Shown: positions 10,670 to 20,724, numbered from the stretch's first letter. The stretch: 64,000 nt of DNA from an uncultured Arcobacteraceae bacterium (GCA_964022095.1 CAXHZO010000013.1:1-64000), one strand, 5' to 3'. Made by a program: numbers and translations. Notes: generated from the letters alone by a model not told the origin.

Positions 10670-11062
10670 ATGCCACATCTACAATTTGAAATAAATAAAA
10701 AAGTTGCAAAAGAGACAAAAGAAAATTTTGTAATACAGATTAGAGAGTGTTTTAGTGATGTTATGGATACTGGAACTGATCATATTGCAGTTTCAATTAG
10801 AGAGTATGATAAGTATAATCTAAGTATAGGAAGAGCTGATTTTAAAGATGATATTTGCTTGATGAACCTTGATATTAGAGAGGGAAGAGTAATTGAGAAA
10901 AGAAGAGAATTAGCTTTAAGATTTATGGATATAGTCAAAAACAATTTTGGAATAATCCAAAAAAATCAATACATAACTTTTACTGAACACAAAGGTGAAG
11001 ATTTTCACCTTGTAGAAAAGTTTTTAGATTCATGGGAAACTGGAGAAGACCCACTTGCATAA
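10670..11062 (+). CDS. Tautomerase superfamily protein (N-terminal Pro)
   Basis: Starts MPHLQFE; GR...KRELA second beta-alpha-beta unit; 130 aa. Confidence 0.75.
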   Translation: MPHLQFEINKKVAKETKENFVIQIRECFSDVMDTGTDHIAVSIREYDKYNLSIGRADFKDDICLMNLDIREGRVIEKRRELALRFMDIVKNNFGIIQKNQYITFTEHKGEDFHLVEKFLDSWETGEDPLA

Positions 11063-11065
11063 AAT

Positions 11066-11088
11066 TAGATAGTGAATTTCACTATCTA
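11066..11088 (+). terminator. Stem-loop after tautomerase gene
   Basis: TAGATAGTGAA-t-TTCACTATCTA. Confidence 0.65.
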
Positions 11089-11112
11089 GTAATCAATTTG
11101 TAACTTTTTTAT

Positions 11113-11160
11113 ATCAATATATCAATATATCTTGATGTATTTATCTTTATATGATATAAT
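11113..11160 (+). promoter_or_regulatory. ArsR operator and extended -10 promoter
   Basis: ATCAA-tatatc-TTGAT dyad at 11121-11136; TGATATAAT at 11152-11160 upstream of arsR. Confidence 0.7.
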
Positions 11161-11184
11161 TCACAAAAAAATTAAAGGACAACT

Positions 11185-11505
11185 ATGGATATTTTTTTAA
11201 AATCAGTTAGTGCTTTAAATGATGAAACAAGAGTTAAAATTCTAAAGTTCATCAATATCTATGGTAAATGTTGTGTTTGTGATTTAGAAAACTCTTTTGA
11301 GATGATTCAATCTCGTCTTTCTAGACATCTAAAAATCCTAAAAGAAGCTGGATTTTTAAGAGTTGATAGAGAAGGAAGATGGGCTTATTACAGTGTTAGA
11401 AGTCCACTTGATGAGTTTAGATTGTCTTGTATAAAAGAGATTGAAACATTGCAAATACAATTGCCAGATTTGAAAAAAGTTTGTGAAAATAAGGATGATA
11501 ATTGA
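11185..11505 (+). CDS. arsR: Arsenite-responsive repressor ArsR
   Basis: CCVCDL metal box, QSRLSRHLKILKEAG HTH; heads the ars operon. Confidence 0.92.
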   Translation: MDIFLKSVSALNDETRVKILKFINIYGKCCVCDLENSFEMIQSRLSRHLKILKEAGFLRVDREGRWAYYSVRSPLDEFRLSCIKEIETLQIQLPDLKKVCENKDDN

Positions 11506-11855
11506 AAGAGACACTTTTTGTATATGGAACACTAATGCCAAACTGTCCAAATGGACATGTATTAGAAAATATAGTAGGAAAGTTTGTGCCAGCAACAGTA
11601 AAAGGAAAACTTATTGATGCTGGATGGAGTGCTAGTATGGGTTATCCTGGAATTAGATTAGATGCAGGAACTGATACTGTTCATGGGTATTTATTTTACT
11701 CTGATAATTTAATTGATAACTGGGATTTCTTAGATGAGTTCGAAGGTGATGAGTTTGAAAGAACTCCTGTGACGGTTGAAAGATATGATGAATTAGATGT
11801 TGAAACATTTATTTATACTTTAAAACCAGAAATTATGGATATGCACGAGGAATAA
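11502..11855 (+). CDS. Gamma-glutamylcyclotransferase (AIG2/YtfP-like) family protein
   Basis: LFVYGTL motif, YPG, LDEFEG.F.R; TTG start overlapping arsR stop. Confidence 0.85.
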   Translation: MKETLFVYGTLMPNCPNGHVLENIVGKFVPATVKGKLIDAGWSASMGYPGIRLDAGTDTVHGYLFYSDNLIDNWDFLDEFEGDEFERTPVTVERYDELDVETFIYTLKPEIMDMHEE

Positions 11856-11856
11856 A

Positions 11857-13107
11857 ATGTTTGTAGCTAGTCTTATTTTTATAATAACTTTAGTATTTGT
11901 TATTTTGCAACCAAAAGGTTTACAAATAGGAACAACGGCAGTTATTGGAGCAATTGTCGCTTTAATAGTAGGAGTTGTAAGTTTCAGTGATGTGTTAATT
12001 GTAACAGATATTGTATGGGATGCAACATTATCATTTATAGGTATTATTATACTTTCTATGGTACTTGATGAGATAGGTTTTTTTGAGTGGGCAGCACTTA
12101 AGATGGCTAAGTTCTCAAATGGGAGCGGCCAATTGATGTTTGTTTACTCTATTTTATTGGGAGCTTTTGTATCTGCATTATTTGCAAATGATGGAGCAGC
12201 ACTAATTTTAACTCCAATTTTACTTGCTAAAATGAGAGTTTTAAAGTTAAATATGAAATCAATCATTGCATTTTTACTTGCAGGTGGATTTATTAGTGAT
12301 AGTGCTTCTCTTCCTTTTGTATTCTCAAATCTTACAAATATCGTTACAGCAAACTACTTTGATATAGGATTTATTACATATTTATCAAATATGGCAATTC
12401 CATATATTGTAAGTGTATTTGTATCAATAGTATTTTTATATGTATTATTAAGAAAAGATATTCCAAAACAAGTTGATATAACACTATTAAAAGAGCCAAG
12501 AAGTGTGCTAAAAAGTATTGAACTATTTTATCTTTCATGGATATTTTTAGCTTTATTACTATTAGGTTATTTTGTAGGTGATGCTTATGATTTACCTGTT
12601 TCAGTATTTGCTCTTGGTGGTGGTATTTTATTTTTGATTATTGCAACAGCTTTTAAAACAGTTGAACCAGTTCATATAATAAAAGAAGCACCATGGCAAG
12701 TAGTTTGGTTTAGTATTGGATTATATATTGTTGTTTATGGTCTTAAAAATGCAGGACTGACTGATTATTTAGCTTTAGTATTACAAGACTTAGCCCAAAG
12801 AGGAGATACTATCGCAATCGTTGGGACAGGATTTATAAGTGCAATATTAAGTGCTATTATGAATAATATGCCAACAGTTATGATTATGGATATTGCATTA
12901 AAAGATATTCCAAATGAAGCCTTAGCTTATGCAAATATTATTGGGTGTAATTTAGGGCCTAAGATGACTCCATTTGGTAGCTTAGCAACTCTACTTTGGC
13001 TTCATGTATTAGCTAAAAAAGGTGTTGAAATTTCATTTTGGCAATACAGTAAATTTGGACTTATTATAACTCCACCAGTATTACTTATAGTTTTATTAGC
13101 TTTATAA
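11857..13107 (+). CDS. arsB: Arsenite efflux pump ArsB
   Basis: ALFANDGAALILTP, SNLTNIVTA, NNMPTV, GCNLGPKMTPFGSLATLLW. Confidence 0.95.
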   Translation: MFVASLIFIITLVFVILQPKGLQIGTTAVIGAIVALIVGVVSFSDVLIVTDIVWDATLSFIGIIILSMVLDEIGFFEWAALKMAKFSNGSGQLMFVYSILLGAFVSALFANDGAALILTPILLAKMRVLKLNMKSIIAFLLAGGFISDSASLPFVFSNLTNIVTANYFDIGFITYLSNMAIPYIVSVFVSIVFLYVLLRKDIPKQVDITLLKEPRSVLKSIELFYLSWIFLALLLLGYFVGDAYDLPVSVFALGGGILFLIIATAFKTVEPVHIIKEAPWQVVWFSIGLYIVVYGLKNAGLTDYLALVLQDLAQRGDTIAIVGTGFISAILSAIMNNMPTVMIMDIALKDIPNEALAYANIIGCNLGPKMTPFGSLATLLWLHVLAKKGVEISFWQYSKFGLIITPPVLLIVLLAL

Positions 13108-13117
13108 GGGTATTACT

Positions 13118-13669
13118 TTGGAATTAGTTTTAATAGCAATTGCTTTAGCTATGGATAGTGTTGCAGTTAGTATTGCAAGTGGAAGTAAGTATAAAAATAT
13201 AGGGTTTATTACAACTTTGAAAATTGCAGCTTTTATGGGAATATTCCAAGGGCTTATGCCTTTAATTGGATATTTCACTGGAGGCTTATTTGCAAGTTTT
13301 GTAGATAGTTTTGATCATTATATTGCATTTGTAATTTTAGTATATCTTGGATATAGAATGATAAAAGAAGCAATGGAAGATGATATTGAAGATGAAGTAA
13401 GTGATTTAAAAACAAAAACACTTTTTATATTAGCAATTGCAACTAGTATAGATGCACTTGCTGTTGGGATTACTTTCTCTTTTGGGGATATTAATATCTG
13501 GTACGCAGTTGCTCTTATAACTTCTATTACATTTATTCTATGTGTACTAGCAGTTTATATTGGAAAAAAACTTGGTGGATTTTTAGAATCAAAAGCTGAG
13601 TATTTAGGTGGAGTTATTTTGATGATTCTTGGATTTAAAATATTGTTTGATGGATTAAATTTAATATAA
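13118..13669 (+). CDS. mntP: Manganese efflux pump MntP family
   Basis: ALAMDSVAVS and ATSIDALAVG repeats, FQGLMP; TTG start. Confidence 0.9.
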   Translation: MELVLIAIALAMDSVAVSIASGSKYKNIGFITTLKIAAFMGIFQGLMPLIGYFTGGLFASFVDSFDHYIAFVILVYLGYRMIKEAMEDDIEDEVSDLKTKTLFILAIATSIDALAVGITFSFGDINIWYAVALITSITFILCVLAVYIGKKLGGFLESKAEYLGGVILMILGFKILFDGLNLI

Positions 13670-13679
13670 AGGGTAAAAT

Positions 13680-14081
13680 ATGGATAAGAAAGTTTTAATT
13701 TTATGTACAGGAAATTCGTGTAGAAGTATAATTGCAGAAGCACTTATAAATGCAAAATTAGATGGTATTAGTAGTGATAGTAGTGGTGTAAAAGCTAGTG
13801 GAAGAGTTAATCCAAATGCTCAAAAACTGCTTACACAAAAAGGTATTTGGAGTGATGAATATCACTCAAAAACTATTGATAAAGTGATTGATAATGAGTA
13901 TGATTTAGTTGTAACAGTTTGTGATCATGCAAATGAGACTTGCCCAATGTTTCCAAAAGCAGTAAAAGTTATTCATGTAGGATTTGAAGATCCAGATGGA
14001 AAAGGTTTTGATGCATTTGAAGAGACTTATGAAGAAATAGAAGAAATTTTACTTCCAAAAGTGGTAGAGGCACTAAAGTAA
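13680..14081 (+). CDS. arsC: Arsenate reductase (LMW-PTP fold, thioredoxin type)
   Basis: CTGNSCRS P-loop, TVCD...CP, FEDP. Confidence 0.93.
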   Translation: MDKKVLILCTGNSCRSIIAEALINAKLDGISSDSSGVKASGRVNPNAQKLLTQKGIWSDEYHSKTIDKVIDNEYDLVVTVCDHANETCPMFPKAVKVIHVGFEDPDGKGFDAFEETYEEIEEILLPKVVEALK

Positions 14082-14082
14082 G

Positions 14083-15039
14083 ATGTTTGAACCTTGGGAA
14101 AAGCTAGTTGATTTATTTGTTTATACATTTTTAGGACTTGAAAAAAGTTCTCATTTGGCTAGTTCTTTGCATTTTTTCATATATGATACGGTTAAAATTT
14201 TTATTTTATTAATTACTATTATTTATTTAGTATCATTATTTAGAACTTATTTTCCAGTTGAAAAAGTACGTACTTATTTACAAGGAAAACACAAACTTAT
14301 AGGACACGTATCAGCAGCCTTTTTTGGGATGCTAACGCCTTTTTGTTCTTGTTCTGCTATTCCTTTATTTTTAGGTTTCTTACAAGCTAGGATTCCTTTG
14401 GGAATTACATTTTCTTATTTAATCTCAGCACCATTAGCTGATGCAGTTGTTATTGCGTTGTTATTTTCTCTTTTTGGTTGGAAGATAACTTTAATATATA
14501 TTGCTTCTGCTCTTTTAATTGCAATTATAGCTGGATTAATTATAGGAAAATTAAATTTAGAAAATGAGATTTTAATAAAAGTCCCTCCTCAATCGTGTTG
14601 CCAAAATTCAGGTGAAAAGATTACATTGAACTCAAGACTAAGTGAAGCTTGGGCTGAAACAAAAATGATATTTAATAAAATATACATTTATGTAATTATT
14701 GGTATTGCAATAGGGGCATTTATCCATGGATATATTCCATCTGAAACAATTGTAAAATATGCAGGTGGAGATGCTTGGTATGGACCAATTATGGGAGTTA
14801 TTATGGGAATGCCTATGTATTCAAGTGCAGCAGGAATGATTCCTTTAGTTGAAGTTTTAACTTCAAAAGGGATGTTACTTGGAACAGCATTATCATTTAT
14901 GATGGCAGTTGTTGCTTTAAGTTTACCAGAGGCTATGATATTAAAAAAAGTAATGTCTATGAAACTTATATCTATATTTTTTGGAATAGTAGGAAGTGCT
15001 ATTTTATTAGTTGGATATATTTTTAATGCAATTTTGTAA
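14083..15039 (+). CDS. arsP: ArsP (DUF318) organoarsenical permease
   Basis: TPFCSCSAIP motif, ALSLPE, multiple TM helices. Confidence 0.85.
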   Translation: MFEPWEKLVDLFVYTFLGLEKSSHLASSLHFFIYDTVKIFILLITIIYLVSLFRTYFPVEKVRTYLQGKHKLIGHVSAAFFGMLTPFCSCSAIPLFLGFLQARIPLGITFSYLISAPLADAVVIALLFSLFGWKITLIYIASALLIAIIAGLIIGKLNLENEILIKVPPQSCCQNSGEKITLNSRLSEAWAETKMIFNKIYIYVIIGIAIGAFIHGYIPSETIVKYAGGDAWYGPIMGVIMGMPMYSSAAGMIPLVEVLTSKGMLLGTALSFMMAVVALSLPEAMILKKVMSMKLISIFFGIVGSAILLVGYIFNAIL

Positions 15040-15088
15040 CACCATTTGAACACTATTTATTGATATCCTTTGAAAAATGATATATACT
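15038..15088 (+). promoter_or_regulatory. 11-bp-period direct repeat and -10 upstream of response regulator
   Basis: AACACCATTTG AACACTATTTA at 15038-15059; TATACT at 15083-15088. Confidence 0.5.
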
Positions 15089-15111
15089 AAAAAAAATCAA
15101 TGGATATCAAT

Positions 15112-15792
15112 ATGGAAAAATACAAAAACATAAAAGTTTTGATTGTTGAAGATGATGATATAGCAAGGGAAAATGCTGTTGAATTACTTCAAGAATATTT
15201 TATTGATATTTACGAAGCTAGTAATGCTTTAGATGCTTTAAAAATTTATGAGAAAAACAATCCTCATATAATCATAAGTGATATTCAAATGCCTAAACTA
15301 AATGGCTTAGAATTTATTTCAAAAATAAGACAAAAAGATAAAAATGTACAAATAGTTATATTGACTGCATTTTGTGATAAAGATTATTTACTTAAAGCTA
15401 TTGAATTACAATTGGTGAAATATTTAATTAAGCCAATAAATGAAAAAGAGTTTGAAAAAACACTTCAAGTAGCTTGTGAAAATATTAATAAAAAAGAATC
15501 AAATATTGTATTTTTAAATAGTGATTTAAAATTTGATATGTACAATTTAACTTTAGTTCAAAATGCTGATTTAGTAAAATTAAGAACAAAAGAGGTTGAT
15601 TTTTTATACTTATTACTAAAAAATAAAAATAGATATGTAACTTATCAAGAAATAGAAAACTTTGTATGGAACAATGAAGTAATGAGCAAAGATGCATTAA
15701 AAACTTTAGTTAAAAATATAAAGAAAAAGATACCAAAAGAGATGATTTTAAATCTAACTGGAACAGGATATAAAATTGATATTAGATTATAG
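15112..15792 (+). CDS. OmpR-family response regulator
   Basis: VEDD, SDIQMP, TA, KP, C-terminal GTGYKI; ATG 15112 preferred because GGA lies 7 nt upstream (track start 15100). Confidence 0.9.
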   Translation: MEKYKNIKVLIVEDDDIARENAVELLQEYFIDIYEASNALDALKIYEKNNPHIIISDIQMPKLNGLEFISKIRQKDKNVQIVILTAFCDKDYLLKAIELQLVKYLIKPINEKEFEKTLQVACENINKKESNIVFLNSDLKFDMYNLTLVQNADLVKLRTKEVDFLYLLLKNKNRYVTYQEIENFVWNNEVMSKDALKTLVKNIKKKIPKEMILNLTGTGYKIDIRL

Positions 15793-17089
15793 TGTTTTAT
15801 ATTTTGGTATTACATTTGGAATAGTTATGATGACTATTTTATACACTTTTATTAGGTATATTTATTCAAAAGAGTTTTTTTATATTATCTATTGTTTGAT
15901 GCAATCTTTCTCATTAATTTTTATTGTTGGGTATAGCCAATTATTTTATAAAAATAAGTTTTTTAATGAACTATCTTTAACTTTTGCAAGTCTTTGTGCG
16001 ATACTGTTTGCAATTAATTTTTTTGAGGGTAGATTTATACCTAAAATTACAAACTATAAAGAACTAAGTATCAATACTTTTTTAGTAATGGTTGTAATAT
16101 CAACTTCATTTTATCATTATAGTTTATTTGAATATTTACCATATACGATTGTTTATGGAATATTATTTATATCTTTAGTTTTTAATCTAAAAAATGGTTT
16201 TAAACCAGCTTTAGTTTATGTAATTGGATGGTCTTTTTTATGCATAGTTCTTTATATATTTGATTTTAAAAACTATTATAATCTTAGAGGATTTACAGAT
16301 ATTGTTGTTGTGGCTTTTACAGTTGAAGCTATACTTTTTACAATATTTTTATCATCTAAATATAGTATATTAAAAAAAGAGAATGAAGAGTATGAAAACA
16401 TGGTCTTTCAACAATCAAAGCTAGCTAAAACTGGAGAGATGATTGCAAATATTACACATCAATTCAGACAACCATTAAACAATCTTTCATATATTTTGAT
16501 AAATCTAAATAAGAAGTTTAAATCAAATAATTTAGATGAAGTATATTTTGAAAAAAAGATAACTCAAGCAAGTAGTCAAATAGATTTTTTATCAAAAACA
16601 ATTGAAGATTTTAAAGAGTTTTATACTCCTAAAAAAGAAAAAGAGAATTTCTTTATAAAAGATTGTGTTGATAATGTTTTATCTATATTATCAGCTGATT
16701 TGAAAAATCATAATATATCTGTAGAAATAGATTTTAGAACTATTGAAGAAATAGAGATTTATGGAAGCAAAAATGAATTTTCTCAAGTATTATTAGCTTT
16801 GATCTCAAATAGTATTGATGAATTAAAAGATATAGAAAATCCTCAAATAAATATAAATATAGATTCAAATAGTTCAGATGTAATTGTTTCTATCCTTGAT
16901 AATGGAAAGGGTATAAAAGGCTCTGTTACTAGACTGTTTGAACCATATTTTACAACTAAAGATAAAGGTACGGGATTGGGCTTATTTTTAGTAAAACAGA
17001 TAATTGAAGAGTCATTTAATGGAAAAATTGAAGTAAAAAATTTAAAGCAAGGATGTGAGTTTTCTTTGATTATAGAAAAACACATATAA
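15776..17089 (+). CDS. Multi-TM (7TM-DISM-like) sensor histidine kinase
   Basis: ~7 hydrophobic segments, THQFRQPL, DNGKG, FEPYFTTK, GTGLGL. Confidence 0.88.
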   Translation: MILDYSVLYFGITFGIVMMTILYTFIRYIYSKEFFYIIYCLMQSFSLIFIVGYSQLFYKNKFFNELSLTFASLCAILFAINFFEGRFIPKITNYKELSINTFLVMVVISTSFYHYSLFEYLPYTIVYGILFISLVFNLKNGFKPALVYVIGWSFLCIVLYIFDFKNYYNLRGFTDIVVVAFTVEAILFTIFLSSKYSILKKENEEYENMVFQQSKLAKTGEMIANITHQFRQPLNNLSYILINLNKKFKSNNLDEVYFEKKITQASSQIDFLSKTIEDFKEFYTPKKEKENFFIKDCVDNVLSILSADLKNHNISVEIDFRTIEEIEIYGSKNEFSQVLLALISNSIDELKDIENPQININIDSNSSDVIVSILDNGKGIKGSVTRLFEPYFTTKDKGTGLGLFLVKQIIEESFNGKIEVKNLKQGCEFSLIIEKHI

Positions 17090-17096
17090 AAGGGAG

Positions 17097-17456
17097 TTGA
17101 TGTTAAGAGGTATTATTACATTGTTAATATTTCAGTTTTTAGGTGAGTGTGTTACAAAACTATTTTCACTTATGATACCAGGACCAGTTATAGGAATGCT
17201 TTTATTATTGGTATTTTTAAGCTTAAGAAAAAGCAGTTTTAGTAGTTTGGATACTGTTGTAAATTTTCATTTAAGATATTTACCAATGATTTTAATCCCC
17301 GCAGCTATGGGGATAATCACACAATTTGAAACCATTACTACAGAGTTATTTGCTATTAGTATTTCACTATTTTTGGGAACTATAGTTGCTATTGGATTTA
17401 GTGCAAAGTTTATGGATATTTTAACTATAAAAAAAGAGAGTAAAAATGAACTTTGA
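17097..17456 (+). CDS. CidA/LrgA family membrane protein
   Basis: LGE...PGPVIGMLLL...IPAAMG. Confidence 0.88.
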   Translation: MMLRGIITLLIFQFLGECVTKLFSLMIPGPVIGMLLLLVFLSLRKSSFSSLDTVVNFHLRYLPMILIPAAMGIITQFETITTELFAISISLFLGTIVAIGFSAKFMDILTIKKESKNEL

Positions 17457-18159
17457 TGCACTTTTAGAATATATAAATAGCACACCACTAGTCTGGTTAA
17501 TCATTACAATTGGTGCTTTTAAAATAGGAATAATTGTATATGAAAAGTTTAATAAAAACACTTTTTTACAACCTATAATTGTGGCATATCTTATAATTGT
17601 AACTTTGGTTTTGATGACAAATACTAGTTATGAAAAATATTTTGATTCTGTACAGATTATTCATTTCTTTTTAGGAACAGCTACTGTTGCATTAGCATTA
17701 CCTTTATATAAAAATCTAAAATATATAAAAGAGTTGATTTTACCTATTATTTTAACATTAATTGTTGCTGGTACTTTTTCTATGATTTTTACTATTTTTT
17801 TACTTTGGATTTTTGGAGCAAAAATAACTACGATTTTATCTATGACTACAAAATCAGTTACAGCACCAATTGCAATTATAACTTCAGAGCAAATAGGTGC
17901 AATACCATCTTTAGCAGTTGGATTTATAATCATAACTGGTATTTTAGGTGCCTTATTTGGAAATATGATTTTTAAGTTTTTAAAAATTAAGCATGATAGT
18001 TCAAAAGGTTTTGCTCTTGGTTTGGTATCACATGCAATAGGTACTGCAAGAGCTATTGAGATAAATGAAAAAGCAGGAGCTTTTTCTGCTCTTGCTATGG
18101 GATTAGTTGGAGTATTAACTGCAATTGTTTTGCCAATTGTGATTTATTATATAAAATAG
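17446..18159 (+). CDS. LrgB/CidB family membrane protein
   Basis: LGTATVALALPLY, KSVTAPIA, HAIGTARA. Confidence 0.9.
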   Translation: MNFDALLEYINSTPLVWLIITIGAFKIGIIVYEKFNKNTFLQPIIVAYLIIVTLVLMTNTSYEKYFDSVQIIHFFLGTATVALALPLYKNLKYIKELILPIILTLIVAGTFSMIFTIFLLWIFGAKITTILSMTTKSVTAPIAIITSEQIGAIPSLAVGFIIITGILGALFGNMIFKFLKIKHDSSKGFALGLVSHAIGTARAIEINEKAGAFSALAMGLVGVLTAIVLPIVIYYIK

Positions 18160-18177
18160 GGTTTTCCTATTTTATAT
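18149..18177. terminator. Bidirectional terminator between lrgB and ccoG
   Basis: ATATAAAATAGG-gtttt-CCTATTTTATAT between convergent genes. Confidence 0.65.
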
Positions 18178-19521
18178 TTATTTGATTAAGTCATTTCTTG
18201 GATAAATAAAAGAGATATTTCTTATTGAGTTATATTCACTATTTTCTAGAGTAGATATTTTTACTTTTAGATTTAGTGGAGTATCTTTTTTATCAGAAAT
18301 AAATAGTCTTTTATTAGTTTGAACTATCACAATTTTTTTTACTCTTTGATTTGGTTTTAGTTTAAATGCTTTGAATCTTTTTATTTCAAAATTCTCATTA
18401 TCTAAAACTTGAATATTAAATGTATGTTCTTTTTTCAGTCTATTTTGTATAGTAAAGATATAGTTGTTTGCTATATGTTCAGGTGATTTTATATTATATA
18501 ATTGGGTTGTTTTATTTATATTTACTATGAAATATTCTTTTTTTATTGCCATACTAACTGCAAAAACTATACATAAAATAATACTTACAATATATGCTAG
18601 ATTTCTTTTTGTAAATAGTGAAATATTTTGTTTGTTTAAAACTTCATTTGTACTTCCCCAGCCAATTAAGTTTTTCTTACCAAGTTTTGTCATAACAGTT
18701 TCACAAGCATCTACACACTCTAAACAATTGATACACTCAACTTGTAAACCTTTTCTAATATCAATATGTGTTGGACAAATTTTTACACAGGCTTCACATG
18801 TAGTACAGTCATCATTTTCATTGAGTTGTTTGATATTAAAAATAGATTTTTGACCGTTTTTATAAATATCTCCACCACGATTTGTATCATATACTACTTG
18901 CTTTGTATTGTCATCATATAAAACAGATTGGATTCTTGAATAAGGACATACATAAGTACAAAAGTTTTCTTTCATAAAAACAATATCATAAAATAAAAAT
19001 AGTGCAATACTAAGTACAAATATAATCATAAACGAGTGTTCTTGAGGTTTCGCAAGATAATTGAAAAAATCTTCAGGAGGTACAAAATACCACATAAAAT
19101 TTGAAGCGATAATAAGTGTTATAATAAACCATAAAAATAAACCAATATATTTTTTAATTTGATTTGATTTTTTATTGTAGTTTATATCTTTTTGTTTATT
19201 TTTGATTCTTCTTAAATCTAAGATTGTACTTTCTATTAAATCTCTGTATATGACTCTAAAAATTGTTTGAGGACATGCCCATCCACACCAAACCCTACCA
19301 AATATAGTAGTAGTTGCAAATATCCCAATAAATAAAATCATAAGTAAAAATGGCATTATAAAAAGCTCATTTACATTGTATGAAAAACCTAGAAAGTGAA
19401 ACTCTAATTTCTCAAAAGATAGTAAAAGCATATGATTACCATTTATCTCAATAAATGGCAGAACCATTATAAATACTGTAATAGCAAGATAAGTTAAGTG
19501 TCTTTTTTTTGAATAACTCAT
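18178..19521 (-). CDS. ccoG: CcoG/FixG-type membrane polyferredoxin
   Basis: GRVWCGWACPQT, FCTYVCPY, CTTCEACVKICP, ECINCLECVDAC. Confidence 0.9.
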   Translation of the reverse strand: MSYSKKRHLTYLAITVFIMVLPFIEINGNHMLLLSFEKLEFHFLGFSYNVNELFIMPFLLMILFIGIFATTTIFGRVWCGWACPQTIFRVIYRDLIESTILDLRRIKNKQKDINYNKKSNQIKKYIGLFLWFIITLIIASNFMWYFVPPEDFFNYLAKPQEHSFMIIFVLSIALFLFYDIVFMKENFCTYVCPYSRIQSVLYDDNTKQVVYDTNRGGDIYKNGQKSIFNIKQLNENDDCTTCEACVKICPTHIDIRKGLQVECINCLECVDACETVMTKLGKKNLIGWGSTNEVLNKQNISLFTKRNLAYIVSIILCIVFAVSMAIKKEYFIVNINKTTQLYNIKSPEHIANNYIFTIQNRLKKEHTFNIQVLDNENFEIKRFKAFKLKPNQRVKKIVIVQTNKRLFISDKKDTPLNLKVKISTLENSEYNSIRNISFIYPRNDLIK

Positions 19522-19621
19522 AAATAACTCCTTTTGAAAATTTTAATTTATTTTGGTGTTTCTTTAGTGGTCTTGCAAATTTTTATTAAATATTTGTACA
19601 ATACACTTTTAGGAGATATTT

Positions 19622-19855
19622 ATGAAAATTGAAATATTAGGAACAGGTTGTACAAAATGTACAGCACTTTTTGAAAATACAAAACAAGCAGTAGCAAAAG
19701 CAGGACTTTTTGCACAAGTTGAAAAAGTAGAAGACTTAACAAAAATTATGGAATATGGTGTGATGAGTACACCAGGACTTGTAATAGATGGCGAAGTTAA
19801 ATCTACAGGAAAACTTCTAACAACTGAAGATGTTTTTGAACTAATTAAAAAGTAA
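19622..19855 (+). CDS. Small redox-active disulfide protein (TM0996/MTH895 thioredoxin-like)
   Basis: LGTGCTKC, YGVMSTPGLVIDG; AGGAG RBS. Confidence 0.88.
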   Translation: MKIEILGTGCTKCTALFENTKQAVAKAGLFAQVEKVEDLTKIMEYGVMSTPGLVIDGEVKSTGKLLTTEDVFELIKK

Positions 19856-19874
19856 GAAGAGATTCTTACTTTTT
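19847..19874. terminator. Bidirectional terminator
   Basis: AAAAAGTAAGAA-gaga-TTCTTACTTTTT. Confidence 0.7.
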
Positions 19875-19880
19875 ATTTCT

Positions 19881-20723
19881 TTATCTATAAAGTAAAATAG
19901 GTTTTTTCATTCCTGATAAAACTTTTTCTGTAAAACTTCCAAGAACTAGTTGCTTAATCCATGAGTGACCAAATGCTCCCATACATAAAACATCAAAGTT
20001 CTCTTTTTCAAAATAATCAGTAATTAATACTGGGCTTTCACCTTTTGCTCCATAAGTTGATACTTCAATATCATTTTTTGCATAGATATTTTTAGCTTCT
20101 TCTAAAAGTTCTCTTGATGAACCTTCGTGCTTACTAAGATTTATAATTGTTCTTGAAACATCTTTTTTAAAGATTGGTTTGCTTGATGTTGCTTGAAGTA
20201 GTTTTCTTGATTCATTTGAACCATTGTAAGCTACTAGTAGTTTATTTGGTTCTACAAAGTCGTTATTTACTAGTAGTACTGGTTTATGAATTGATTTGAT
20301 AATATCTTTTACATTATCCCCCACTAGCTCTTTTTCATGGCTATTAAGTCCAATAATTAATATTACAGTATCTTCTTCAAACTCAACTATGTTTTCAATA
20401 ATTTCTCCATGAACTTGTGAGATTACTACTTCATTAGTACATTTTGAACTTATTTGCTCTTTTAGTGTTTTAAGAAGTTCTTTCCCTGCACTAATAGCAC
20501 ATTTACTCTCAACAGCTTCTTCTTTTACCAGTTTTTCTAAAACATCTTCTTTTGCACCAAGTCCAATGTTTCCAGTTAAATCAACTTCTTTTGCGTTGTG
20601 ATTGTGTTCAACTACGTTTAAAAGTTTTAAAGGAAGATTCATATTATTTGCAATCATCACTGCATAATCCATGATAGCTTGTGTATATCTACCACCATCA
20701 ACACAACATAATACATAACTCAT
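19881..20723 (-). CDS. Tandem-domain universal stress protein
   Basis: CVDG N-terminus, AYNGS, MGAFGHS...LGSFT. Confidence 0.88.
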   Translation of the reverse strand: MSYVLCCVDGGRYTQAIMDYAVMIANNMNLPLKLLNVVEHNHNAKEVDLTGNIGLGAKEDVLEKLVKEEAVESKCAISAGKELLKTLKEQISSKCTNEVVISQVHGEIIENIVEFEEDTVILIIGLNSHEKELVGDNVKDIIKSIHKPVLLVNNDFVEPNKLLVAYNGSNESRKLLQATSSKPIFKKDVSRTIINLSKHEGSSRELLEEAKNIYAKNDIEVSTYGAKGESPVLITDYFEKENFDVLCMGAFGHSWIKQLVLGSFTEKVLSGMKKPILLYR

Positions 20724-20724
20724 C

